A stretch of 64,000 nucleotides of DNA from Takakia lepidozioides (lineage: Eukaryota > Plantae > Bryophyta), in the NCBI GenBank assembly GCA_030704615.1, contig CM060733.1, forward strand, positions 47,058,001 through 47,122,000, written 5' to 3'. Position 1 is the stretch's first letter. The number at the start of each line of letters is the position of its first letter. The notes under the pieces were generated by a model that ran no database searches, was not told the DNA's origin, and saw only the letters and a list, made by a program, of their open reading frames with translations. The position numbers and the translations under genes are program-made. Positions 1 to 12,460 of the stretch are shown in pieces.

Positions 1-1416
1 CCCGGATGGCCAAGCTGTGCCAGAAGTTCTTCCAAAGGGAAGACGCTAGGCTGGAACAAATTCGAGGACAACTACTGGAGTTGGGTGTTCGGGTTCTGTA
101 ATAATTTCCTCTCTGATGCAGGGACACTTCTGCTTTTTCAGTCATGTGACAAAGATAGTCGTCGGGCATTGGCATCATACGCGCACATGGAATTGTGTGA
201 ACAGCCTCTACCTTGTGAAAGGGGGTTTCCCTGGTCAGCTGGTATGTCGTCTCCCTTCTGCTTGTGCTTTCATGATGAGTTTCAATGTTCTCTGCAGCTC
301 CACTCTAGAAGAATCTGTCATGATCGACACCGATCATCACCGATTCGTGATAAAAATGATTGTTTTATGCCTGAGTTCTGAATAGCCGATGTACACACTT
401 CCACTATAGATTGTGTTTACCACACTAACCTGCTATCTTTGGCAGACAAGGATGTTCGAGGCGATCTGCCTGCGGAGGATTCGCACCTCAAAGACACCAT
501 CCTCCATCCGCAGCTTTGAGATTTCTGACCAGGGTTGTTTCGTCAACCCCCCCTATGAGCCGCATGTCGATGACATTTTGTACAACTTCAGTCTAGTCAG
601 ACTCTGAAGAGACCAGATGGCACTCCCTAGAGAGGTGCAAAGGAAAAATCCCCAGCATTCATGCAAATACTGTTGGAGTCATGCAGCCACCACTCTGCAC
701 GGGTGGTCGATCTTTCTGTGTCCACAGGTTCGTTCTCTCCCTTCCGAATTGATTTTCTTTCACCAGTTCCATCTGCTTAAATCCCCCCACCAAACTGTTC
801 ATATCCTCCTGTCTGGTGCAGGAGCAACTACTCATGAGACAAGTGAACTATCATCTATTCTCCCACCGGGTATATGAAGGGAAGTTGTTCATAGTGAACT
901 TACCATGCATGCAAGGCAGGCAGATGAAGCCTTTTTGGCATGGAGGGTGATTCTGACCTCTACAACACAGTGCTCCTCCCCCTTTTGTCTGGCTCCACTT
1001 CAGGCACACAGACTGATCGGATTCAAATTCGAAATGATGACGGTCCCGAAGATAAGCAGGTCGACAACGACTTTTCATGTGAGTAAGTGCTAAACCTACT
1101 TTGGGAGCCATACTCAATTTCTCAATAACATCAAAGTTACAGTAATAACTTTTTCAGGCTGTCTTTCAGGAAAGGCAGTGGTGGATCTTCAGGAGATACA
1201 GTCATTTGTGGCGAGTCTGTTTTCAACAGCCCCCTTTCCAATTTTGTGCTTCCTGATTATGCCGAAGCAATGGCACTTCACGCGGCCGAGTCCCTATCCC
1301 CTGAATTTTTACTGCCCGGCCGTAGGTGTAGCCAGCGTAGATCCGGAGTTCTTAAATACTTAGACTTAGAGGCAGAGGAAGCGGGGATACATTGTACTGA
1401 CTCTGAGTCAGACTGA
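1..1416 (+). pseudogene. Multi-exon TE accessory gene of unknown function, 3' part; last exon 1170-1416
   Basis: The last exon after TTTCAG reads KGSGGSSGDTVICGESVFNSPLSNFVLPDYAEAMALHAAESLSPEFLLPGRRCSQRRSGVLKYLDLEAEEAGIHCTDSESD*. The same peptide and stop are conserved in the copy at 47090-47335(-). Upstream GT/AG-bounded segments are visible, but I did not resolve the exon chain. Confidence 0.45.
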
Positions 1417-1499
1417 ACTATGTTCTTTTAATATTCTGTTTCAACCTCTTTGGAAAATGTTGAATCCCCTTCCTCCACCGTTGTTGTTCCTTTGGAAAG

Positions 1500-1920
1500 A
1501 AAAATAATCAAAGAATCAACTACCATTTATATTGCAATATGTATCAATCCATCTCACAAACCTCCCTCACTCTTGTCATATCCATTGTGCTTTCATCTAC
1601 AGTGTATTCATGCGTGCTCCATTCATGAATGTTTTCCTTTGTTCAACATCCATTGTACATCCATCCTCTGTACTCTTTAATCCACCCCACAAACCTACCA
1701 CACTCATGTCATATACGTTGTGCATTCGTCTAAAGTTTTAGTCATGCATCTTCCTGTCATGAATGTATTCCATTGCTCAACATCCATTATACATTCATCC
1801 ATTTGACTCTTATCCATCCCTCATTCATCCATCTACATTCATTTTTCACACTCATCCATCTGTTTATCATCCAACTGTACATTCATCCATTCTTTATTCA
1901 TCTGTTGCTTTCAGGTGAGA
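1500..1920. repeat. Degenerate ATTCATCC/CATCCAT motif array, subterminal region of the element
   Basis: Dense cattcatccat/catccatc variants; reverse-complement counterpart at ~46600-46960. Confidence 0.65.
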
Positions 1921-2181
1921 ATGACCACTGCCTTTTATTATGTCGTCCAGCTTGTTTCCGCAGTAAAGGGTGCCAATACGCGGGAATACACTCCACTTCT
2001 TCCTGGGCGCGTGGTGACGCGGTCTTCAAGTGTGATGACGTGGAGTGAGCCCCGTGATGTGGCATTGGCACAAGGTGACGTGGCGTGAGCGGAGTTGCGC
2101 TCACGCGCTCACGTGACCAGGCTAACGCCGAGGCATCCCTGCTTGGAACTCTATTTGTTGAATCTCTTGATGTCCTTGAAG

Positions 2182-3786
2182 GGGGGCTGCTATTTCATGA
2201 GCCATGAGCCATGAGCGGCATGAGCCATGAGCAGAGTCGTAAGTGTGGAAAAAAACATGAGCAGCACTATTTTCCGGAAATGAGTGTCCGCGGGAATAGG
2301 GTTTAGGGTGCCACGGTCATAGGGGGAGAAGGACCTCCCGATGAAGGAGGTTCGGCAATGTTATTTAGAATTATATATTGAAAGGCAATGTTTCGCGAAT
2401 GGTAGGGTGGTATTGCTCTGTACAATGGGGGCCCATTTCAGCCTACCAGCCATTTGCAAAATTCACCCACACTCCCAATCCCAAACGAAATGAGCAATGA
2501 CGCATTCTCGGAACAATGGACACAGAATAGAATAAAAAGAGGGCACAATGAGGTTTTTATTGATCCACATGAATTGCATTTGAAGCACGTCTACTGTGCT
2601 GATTGTGCCCTCAAATCTTGAGCCCTGTGCCTACTGAATACAAGTCACGTTGTCAATGGGACTTCGACTGCTCTCAGAACTAGCTCATGAGTCCTGGGGC
2701 TCCTCCATGTAAAGTCGATTGCAGCCGTTGTACCGCCCCTAGTGATGTTCACCACAATGTCCTGCCCTTCAATCATACCACCATCGAATATGGAAATCTT
2801 CACGTTTTCGTCGTCCACACCAATGCGAATGTCCCCATACAATGGAGAAGAGGAGCGCACTCCTCGAGGAGAATAGGTCTCTCCGATGGAGTCCACCCAC
2901 GTCCAGTGGCAGCAGTTCCACCGCAACAGCATAGCAGTGCGCCTTCTTCTGCATGGGTGACCGTCGTAGCTGGGAAAATCGGAATCGAGGATGCGCAGGA
3001 GCCACGGACTCCTCAAACCAAGATCGTCACCCCCGCTCGAAGGCGTAGTGGCCTACGATATACTCAAAAGCCACCAATGTTTCCACAATCGAACCAGTAT
3101 CTTCTGTGTAATCTGTGTACCAGATAACAATGTCTCCCGATGTGGCCGAATACATTGCATAATCGATGCCTCCAAAGGGGCAGTCGTCCCGGTTCCGGAA
3201 GCACGGCATCCTTGCAAAGGAGGACCTGAGGACGACTTGGATGCCGATGACCTTGCGGACAGCTACGAAGCCCTTAGATTTTGGAAAAGATACGAAGCGG
3301 AAGAGCAGTCCGGCCTCCAAAATGGAGCATCTGGGTCACACGTACCCACCGACGGAGGTGGAACGTGTTCATCACGCCAGCGGTGGATGAAGCCATACAT
3401 CTTTCTCATCAACAAGTTATAGTTTGAGATCTGCCACCGAAGTCCATCCCCCCGGATGGAAATTCGGCGCCGCATTTACATCGAAGAGGGGATGGACTTC
3501 GTCGTGTCCAGTGGCTATCGGCCCACCTGGCAGTGACTGCCCATAGTTTGCATGGCAGGGTAGGAAACTGAAACGGCTACATTCATGCAGCAGCCAATCT
3601 TCATCGGTCCAGGATCCTGTACGGGGGAAATTTAAATGTGCCCTGGAGTGTGCCCTGGAATGTACCTCACTTCTGTATGACTGTGTTTCATTGTGTTGAA
3701 TAACTCTCGGATTTGGCCCACTGTTTACAATTTGATGTCTCATTTCTACAATTTGTCTGTCTGGTTGAATAAAGCAGAGTAACCGG
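2182..3786. mobile_element. DNA transposon end with CATGAGC repeats, truncated by gap
   Basis: Starts GGGGGCTGCTATTTCATGAGC followed by tandem CATGAGC and CGCGGGAATAGG. The same terminus and motifs occur at 53970-54345, next to a MULE transposase remnant. Confidence 0.6.
2645..3560 (-). pseudogene. Frameshifted ORF of unknown function inside the CATGAGC element
   Basis: Consecutive protein-like minus-strand ORFs (3263-3475, 3027-3320, 2645-3016) in alternating frames; no recognisable domain. Confidence 0.3.
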
Positions 3787-4286
3787 NNNNNNNNNNNNNN
3801 NNNNNNNNNNNNNNNNNNNNNNNNNNNNNNNNNNNNNNNNNNNNNNNNNNNNNNNNNNNNNNNNNNNNNNNNNNNNNNNNNNNNNNNNNNNNNNNNNNNN
3901 NNNNNNNNNNNNNNNNNNNNNNNNNNNNNNNNNNNNNNNNNNNNNNNNNNNNNNNNNNNNNNNNNNNNNNNNNNNNNNNNNNNNNNNNNNNNNNNNNNNN
4001 NNNNNNNNNNNNNNNNNNNNNNNNNNNNNNNNNNNNNNNNNNNNNNNNNNNNNNNNNNNNNNNNNNNNNNNNNNNNNNNNNNNNNNNNNNNNNNNNNNNN
4101 NNNNNNNNNNNNNNNNNNNNNNNNNNNNNNNNNNNNNNNNNNNNNNNNNNNNNNNNNNNNNNNNNNNNNNNNNNNNNNNNNNNNNNNNNNNNNNNNNNNN
4201 NNNNNNNNNNNNNNNNNNNNNNNNNNNNNNNNNNNNNNNNNNNNNNNNNNNNNNNNNNNNNNNNNNNNNNNNNNNNNNNNNNNNNN
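3787..4286. other. Assembly gap (500 N)
   Basis: N run. Confidence 1.
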
Positions 4287-4705
4287 CCTCGTGTAACCCC
4301 ATCATCCCTGTAACCCTCAGCACGTCAGCCCTGTGTAACCCTCATTGTGTAACTCTCACATTGTAACCCCACCATGTAACCTTGATACTGTGTCAATCCC
4401 CTCCGTGTAACCCCCAATCGTGTCACTCCTAGCTTGTGTCACCCCATCGTTTATCCCCAACGCATGTCACCCCTGTTTGTGTAGCCCCTTGGTGCCCGGC
4501 AAAAATTGGCGGGCTCCGAGAGGTGTCAGATATTTTGAATTCAAACCTGGGTTACACGATTCGGTGACATCAAAACCCACGTATAACTCCATCATCGCGC
4601 GTCATTTTCACCAGGTGCGCAGACGTCGTGCGGTCCCGAGGGCTCCGCTGCTTTGCCCGCGTGTGTTCTGCGATTTGTACTATACTGGTGGTACTGTTGG
4701 CGGTA

Positions 4706-7450
4706 ATGGCGTGTGCTGCAGCGAAGGTGCTAGACGAGGAACGCAAAGCAGCATTGGAATCAAATGGTTTGAAAGACGAGGCGGGAGAACTCTGTCATTT
4801 GCAGCATTTGGTATCTCATTTGAAATGCATCCTACAACTGCCCATAGACGGGCTTTTCAATCACACAAACCTCCGTTGGATATGCCAGGTTTTCCAGGGA
4901 AAAGAGAAACGGATATCCATCGAAGTAGTTGTCGTTCCATGGTCTCACATTCCTGATTTTCTGGAGGGAGAAACGAGTAGAGTGGATGGGAAGACCCAAT
5001 TTTATGTTCAAGATCGAAGGTACCATGAGTTGCCAGATCTGACGACACCGCGTGCAAACAGTTATTGTCAGTGGCATAAGTAAGTCACTTACGAGGGTTG
5101 TATAACATTCCCAGCCCCACTTCTTTCTGCTGGCCTAGCAAAGTCGTATATGGCGATAACCCTCCTCGTTTTGTATGCTTTCTTTGTAGGCACCACTGCT
5201 GCTACGGCATCCTGCGATGCAACATTTGGGACCAACGAAAATAAGGTATTCGTGTCACGCTTTACCTTTCATTGCATTCTGAAATGTGAGTGTCATGCAA
5301 CTATTTCCAATATTACAACACTCACCTTATTCATTTTTGTACCATTGCGACATTGCAGTTCCCAATGTATACCATGATGGTGTTCGACGAATGACTCAAC
5401 GACATACTTGTTGCTTATATTATATCAGTGAGAAATAAAACGACTGACCTGAGCCCCTGGATGAAACGTCTTCGCGACCGACTTCTTCAGAGCAAACCAG
5501 ATTGGAGGCCAAATGCTTTTGTTGTCGACGATGCAGACGCAGAAATCAATGTTATCAGGTACACGGCTAGAAGTTACAATGTTCTGAGTCACACAGTAAT
5601 TTACACTACAATTTGCATGCATGAGGGGTTTCATGGATCGGGCTACACTGCTGCTAGTTACACTGAGAATCACAGTAAGAGTTAAACTGCCAATTACACG
5701 AGGGGGTGCATTGCTGCTTGTAACACTTGGAGTTACACTGTAAGTTAATCGAGGGGTTACATGGATTGGGTTGCAGTGTTGTCTGTTATACTGAGGGTTA
5801 TACTATCAGTTAGACAGATGGTTACACTGCCTTGAGTTGGACGGAGAGTTACACTGCTGTGGGTTAGACCGAGGGTTACACTGCTATGAGGTAGACAGAG
5901 GGTTACACTGCGAGTTACACGGCGTGTCATCTGCAATTTTGCATGGATTAGGTTGCACTGCTATAGCCTGTGAGTTACACTGGGAGCATCACAGAGGGTT
6001 ATATGGGTTGGGTCGCTCTGAGAGTTACACGGTGTAACATGGATTGCGTTACAGCGTTGCGAGGGGTTATATGCGTTGGGTTACACTGCTGTGAGTTTCA
6101 CTGATAGTTACATGGCCAGATGCACGAGGGATTACATGAGTCACACTACTAAGAGTCGCACTACTAAGAATCACACTTCGAAGAGTCACACTGCGAAGAG
6201 TTACACTGCTAAGAGTTACACTGACAAGAGTTACACTGCTAAGAGTTACACTGCAAGGAGTTACACTGATGGATTGGGTGGCATTTGATGTGTGTGCGTG
6301 CAGGGAATCGTTTGGGGATGTAGCGATATTTCTATGCCTTTGGCATGTTCGCCGCGCTTGGCTGAAACATTCGTGGCGTAAGATGCCCGATCCATACACT
6401 CGCAATGTTGCTTTAAAACAGCTTGGCGACGTAATGTACGGCATTAACGCCTGTGTGGGAGTCACCCCAGAAGAGTGGGCGCTGGAGCGATTGGAAGATT
6501 TGCATTATTCCTATCCGCTTGCGTGTGACTTCCTACATTACATCAGAATGGAATGGGTCCCAAAACTGAGCATGTGGATCACGGGGGCTCGAAATATTCC
6601 CCATGCAAGTCAGGATACTAATGCCGCAATTGAATCTTGGCACAGAAATTTGAAGGCTCGTTTACGCTCGGGAAAGCAAAGGCTTGATGGCAGGAGAATT
6701 GATTGGCTGATCAGCGAACTCGTGGGTCCTGTTCTAACCCACTATTGGTATAGAGACAACTTGAAATCGAAAGGCTTCAAAATGAATGTACGACAGGAGG
6801 AATTTATCAGCAATGTTGTTTGGACTGCGAGGGAGATCCCTGACGTCAATGTTCATTTGCCCACTATTCCTGGTCATCCGGCGATTGTGGATAGTGTTCA
6901 AACGGCTGGTCAAAGCTACACAATCTATGCACCTGCAACCACCTAGGCTTGTTGCGATTGTCCATGGGCTTTGAAGGGTAACTTTAGCAAACATCAAATC
7001 TGCATTCTTCAATTAATGAAGCCAAATCTGAAGGAAGGGCTTATTGTGAAGCTCTGTGGCACAAAGCTCGGGACCATTCATGGAGGTCTTGACATGTTGA
7101 TGAAATCGGAACTTCCAGATATTGATGCAGAGGAGGAAGTTGTGAATCTAGCAGAGCCTACGGAGTGCTCAGCATCATCCCAGCGTGGTCGGCAGGAGCC
7201 GTCGGATGTTTCATCAATTGAATCTGAGATGAAGTCCCTGTCGCTTCTTGGCAATGAGAGTGAAACAATGCGCAAACATCTGCTTGCCGAGCTTCGTTGT
7301 GTTCGTGGAAGGTTGTCCACTTTACAAGTCAGAATCGACAAAGGTCTGTTGCACCCTCTTCAGGCAGTTCCATTTATAAAAAATGATGATGGAAACAACA
7401 TGTCCCTTACCAGGAAAATGGATTTTGTAGACCGGTTCCATAGTAAGTGA
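4706..7450 (+). pseudogene. MULE-family DDE transposase with C-terminal SWIM finger; exons ~4706-5079, 5190-5245, 5359-5558, 6304-7450
   Basis: Motifs DATFGTN, FVVDDADAE, CLWHVRRAW, QDTNAAIESWH, GRRIDWL and SWIM CDC...(C>S)KH, with canonical GT-AG introns. Inactivated by stops at 5392 (TGA) and 6944 (TAG) and a frameshifting internal deletion near 5208. Confidence 0.88.
5600..6270 (+). repeat. G(G/A)GTTACAC motif array in transposase intron 3
   Basis: Dozens of gggttacac/gagttacac copies, including a tandem AAGAGTTACACTGCT run at ~6140-6270. Confidence 0.9.
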
Positions 7451-7559
7451 CCATTGAGTCCATTGGCAGTGACACTTATTTTGTGATCGCCAGGTTTAAT
7501 ATGAAGTACATGTCTATTCATGGGTTGTTATTCACTTTGCCATTCCATCCACATTCAAC

Positions 7560-8860
7560 CTATGTAACCCACTCAATGGGACACCCACGGGCCGGGGTGA
7601 CACAACGGAGGGTTACACCATCTGGGGTTTCATAACGTAACATAGCTCTACTTAGTGTAACTCGCATCTGTGGTACTCCACACAGTGTAACACAGACGAG
7701 TGTAACCCTCTTCAGTGTAACTCATTGTGGTGTAACTCCAAGTGTAAACTGCAATGTAACTATCAACAGTGTAACCCAGTATATAACCCCATAGAATATT
7801 GCTGTCAGTGAGTGGTGTAACTCTAAGAATTATAAGTTGATGACTACAGTGTGACTACAGGGTCTGGGTTAGTCTGTCGGGGTTACATGACCCTTCAATA
7901 CAGAGTGGGAAGACGTTGAAGTCGAGCACCTTTAGTCGCCAACACTAGCCCCTGCATGTGTAACCCCTCTATGTGCAACCCCTCTATGTGTAACCCACCG
8001 TGCATGTGTAACCCCTCTATGTGTAACCTAATTTGTGTGTAACCCACCCTGTATATGTAACCCATGGACGTGTAATCCATGAGATAGATAATCATTCCGT
8101 TCAACCTATGTTATGGACCAGTGTAGCCCTCCGGAGTGTAACTTGTTGTTGTGTAACCCCAAGAAGTATGTATCCCGACCACATGTGACCCCCACTGTTG
8201 TCACCCCATCGCATGTAACCCATTGTACAATTTGGGGTGCATGCTGTAAACCCCGATGCTACATCGCCCCATCTTATGTATCCCCACAACACGTAGCCCT
8301 TGTATAGGCAACCCTGCCCACTGTCACTGTGCACAGTGTAACTCAGAACTGTGTAACCCTCGAGTGAGTGTAACCCAGAGTGTTGTAACTCCAAGAAGTA
8401 TGTAACCCGACCAGATGTTACCCCCACTATTGTGACCCCATCGTATGTAACCATAGCCCTCATGTATGTAACCCCATGTAGTATAACTCTGAGAACTTCA
8501 GTGCACAAAAACTTCAATGCGAAAAATAAATAAATAAATAAATAAAAATGGGGTTACATGCCACGAAACTCTAGTGTTTCAGCTACGTGACCCTGACATA
8601 GCCAAGAAGGCCCAACCATGTAACCCTGAGAGGCCCATTGCATGTAACCCATAAGTGTAACCCCACGTTGTGAGACCCGGCACGGTGTAACCCATCACTT
8701 ATGTGTGAACCCACAGAGTGTAAGCTTATTGCCCCAGGGCCCCAAGGTGTACCCAAGTACTTGTCTATGACTCCACTTCATGTAATCCAATAAGGTGTAT
8801 CCCTATGTAAGCCCATTGCATGAAACCCAAACTGTGAAGTGTTACGAACAAACCACATAG
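7560..8860 (-). repeat. TGTAACCC motif array between the convergent genes
   Basis: Dense tgtaaccc/tgtaactc copies with local duplications (e.g. 8150-8220 vs 8385-8450). Confidence 0.9.
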
Positions 8861-10399
8861 AAGCAAAAAATGCATCAAGAGACGCTATTTATTTCTTTGG
8901 CCATTTGACCAAGTCTTTGTCCATCTCGTCACACAACCAACTAATCATATGAGTACGGGAAGCTATCATGGTTGACTCGTCGAACCAACTTGCAGTAAAA
9001 ACCCGCCTATGACGGGTTCGATCTTCTGTGGTTTTCACATTGAACTTCCACTCCAAGTAAAATTGCACAAAACAAAGTGCATAATAGCCGCACTCCCAAC
9101 AGCTCCATTGCTGGGGACACTGGCCTCAAACCATTCCATCCTCTCCATGACGTAACTGAAGTCATCAGATCCAGGCATGCAATCAAAGAACGTTATAGCA
9201 AAATTTCGCAAAATTCCTTCAATGAGTTTGGGTCGGGCAATGGTTTTATGGGAGTCCAAATGTACTATCCGACCTCGACGCTCTAAAACAGCAACACTCC
9301 AGTGATCACTGCAACACAAACAAAGCCGTAACGCCAGAATAGAAAAAAAACTCTCCAATGAAACCCATTGTGGTGTAACCCGGCAGTGGTGTAACCCAGT
9401 AGTGTAACCCTTTGTACTGTAACTCTAAACGGTGTAACACAACTAGTCAGCAGTGCAAATCCAAACTAGTGCAACTCAGTGTAGAACAGAGGAGTGTAAC
9501 CCAACATGATCAGTCAACGCTCAAATTACTTACTCGAAGACAATAGGGATGACAACCACGTCCACAAGATCTCGATTCTTTGTGAACACCATCCCTCGGG
9601 CATCCTGAGTGTACCATTCTTGCACCAACCCGAATAGCGTCTGCAGATCGTTACCATTGGTACGCATGACATGCCACTGGAAAGGAGCACAGATGACAAA
9701 CTCAGGTGCGATAGCCTTAAACAAGTTGGCCTCCAGAAGTTTGTTGTAACCCGAGAGCAATGCATCTGTGACAGTTGCTCTTATTTTATACATCGGCTCA
9801 AAATCTGTCTCTTCCAAGTAAAACTGTAACGGGGTAGAAGTCAGGAAGGCATCGCCATAATAAAAACTTCACTATGGGCGCCCTAGGAGGGTCCGACACC
9901 ATTCTGAACTTCGTCAACTACCGTTGTTTTAGTCTGCACAACAAACCGCATATTACGAACATTACAATGCATCATACAAGAGTTATAATCAATATTCACA
10001 ATCAAAGAGGATCAAAGTACAATGAGGTACCTCGAACAATCCCGCAAGTGCTTGGCAAAGACCTCTTGCTGCTGGACAACGTCAACCTCGGAGACCCCTG
10101 CACTTTTGCCTTTCAATTTGGTTCGCTGTTTTTTGGGTGCGACAAGAACAGGTACTCCTTTGTTAGCGCTAGGGGGTTCAGCCAACCGCTTTCTTTGAGC
10201 AGGCGGCCGTTTTGACCTCCTGGGATTCTCTGCAACCCTGACAATGCCGCCGGTAGGGAGAATTTCTGGGCTAGAGGTGACAATGCCGCCGGTAGGGGGA
10301 ATTTCTGGGCCAGAGGTGCCTTGTTCTGAGTTTGCTGCAAGTGCTGAAGACTGCACTCCCTCGTCTGAGATGTGTTGGGGAGATGACTGACCAAGGGCA

Positions 10400-11420
10400 G
10401 AAGTGTCACAGCTCACCTCCTCGGTGCTGCCCCTGTCAATGTCACCCTTCTGTCCAGACCCCTTATCAGAGTCACGCTTCTCGGTGTCACCCTTCTCTTC
10501 GGGTACCTCCTCAGTGTCACACTTCTCAGTGTCACCCTTCTCTTCGGCTATCTCCTCAGTGTCACTCTTCTCAATGTCACCCTTCTCTTCGGCTACCTTC
10601 TCAGTGCCATTGTTCTCGGTGTCACTCTTCTCTTTGGCTGCTTTATCAGAGTCACTCTTCGCAGTGTCACCCTTCTCATCGGGTTCCTTCCCACTGTCAC
10701 CCTGCTGAGTAACAATCTTATGTGTGTCACTCTTCTCAGTGTCACGATGTTCCGCAACATCCTTCTCCTCGTGACTCTCCATAGTGAAACGCTTCTCAGT
10801 GTGACCCTGCTCTGTGTCACCCTTCCAACTGACAACCTCCTCGGTGACACCCTTCCCCATGTCACCCATGTCGATGTCACTCTTCTTTGCATCAACCTCC
10901 TCAATGCCATCCTTGACTGTGTCGTCCTTCTCTGCACTGTCACCCTCCAAGACCATGTTGACGAGCGGAAGAGCGTCATCCGACGCGACTAGTGGCCGTG
11001 GCAAAGGAGTGTCACCCTCCACGACTAATGGTAGTGGAGTGTCATCCATGGCAGGGTTACACTCACGGACATCTGCCATGTGGGTTGGCTGTGGGGTGTC
11101 ACCCCTACCAGTGTAACCCATATCAATGTCACTCTCAACGGAAGTTGCAGTGTTCACGGGCAATGGTGTGTCACCCACGACAATGTCCCTCACGGCAGTG
11201 TCAGCCACACCGGTATCCACAGTGTCACCCTGAGGTGCAGTGTAACCCTCCTTCCCTGTTGCTCCTCTCTGCGCAGTGTCACCCTCAGGTGCAGTGTAAC
11301 CCTCAGTTTCAGGGCCTCCTCCCCTTGCAATGTCACCCTCCGCATCAATGTGACCCACAAAGGCTCGCTGACTGTCTGTCTGCTCAATCCCCCGGACAAT
11401 GTCACCCTCATTACTGACCA
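10400..11420 (-). repeat. Coding repeat (K/E)GDT, KSDT, EGYT = in-frame GGGTGACAC/GGGTTACAC
   Basis: ORF 10012-11583 translation; the + strand shows tgtcaccc/tgtcactc every ~15-30 bp. Confidence 0.85.
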
Positions 11421-12099
11421 CCTCTTCCAATGTGACATGTTGTGGCGCGAAATGACTTGGATCTTCGGTTTGCATCATTTGAACAGTGTCATTCTGAGAG
11501 AGGTTGACCACATGATCCTCACAAATACTTACATTGTTGCATGGAGGGTTCAACACAGCATCTCCAGATTCAAAGTCATACACAGACTCTGGGTCAAGCT
11601 GGTCCCCGGTTCTTCGATTAAGACCTCCAAAAGAAATGACTGGGCTGCGGACAAAGAGGTTCGCACTTGGGTGTTCCTCCTTGATGTATCATCTTCAATA
11701 TCAGTATCAGAATTCACGGGCAAATCCCGCGTCAAGTCTGCTAGGTTCACCCCTAAGTGCAGTTGGGTTGAGTACAATTCACCAATCTGCGACAAAGATA
11801 CAACGGCAGATTGACTTGGAATGATGTCCTCGTCATGTACATCGTCGCTTTGCGGGGCGGAAATTGAATGAAGACGAGGTTTAACCATCTCCTTATCCTG
11901 TAACACAGAGGGTCCATCACTCGTCTGCGCGCCCCCTGTATCGCATTGTGGAGGGGCCCCATACACAACTTCGTGAAGCTCACGTTGAGCCTCAAAAAGG
12001 TTTTTGAACGCATTGGCGACTTGATTGGTCATGAGCTCGGACTCATTTGCATCGGGGGAAAGACAAAGGTTTTTAGTCGTGGAACGAGGTTTTTGAAAG

Positions 12100-12460
12100 T
12101 GCAAGGGTTACACTATGTAAGAGTTACACTAACTAGGACAAGACAGTGGTTCGGATTACACGATGAGGGTTACAACACCCTATTAGAGACAGTAGTTTGC
12201 AATGGGTTACACTACCTGGGTTACGCTAGTGAGATTACACAACGAGAGGGTAACAAATCTAGGGTAACACAACGAGGGGTAACATTAGGGGTACACTGAT
12301 TACAGGGTTACATACTCCGAGGGTTACACTGATTACAGGGTTACACACAGCGAGGATTACACTGAGTACAGGGTTCCACATAGCGAAGGTTACACTAATT
12401 ACAGGATTACACACAAATGGGTTACACGACGAGAGGGGTGACAGTGGATGGAGTAACACT
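12100..12460 (+). repeat. GGGTTACAC array in accessory-gene intron
   Basis: Tandem GATTACAGGGTTACA-like units; similar arrays in introns 9370-9505 and 13360-13560. Confidence 0.85.

Larger units (their letters stand above)
1..2141. mobile_element. Right portion of a DNA transposon (CGTGAGC-terminus family) carrying an accessory gene
   Basis: ~1140-2141 is the reverse complement of ~46368-47375 (diverged). The exact match ends at CGAGGCATCCCTG (2129-2141), i.e. terminus 5'-CAGGGATGCC. CGTGAGC/GCTCACG subterminal repeats lie at 2040-2115. Confidence 0.7.

Noticed and set aside
3688-4323. ORF-track entries spanning N runs (also 23764-24623, 54863-55567)
   Set aside because: Artefacts of translating gaps.
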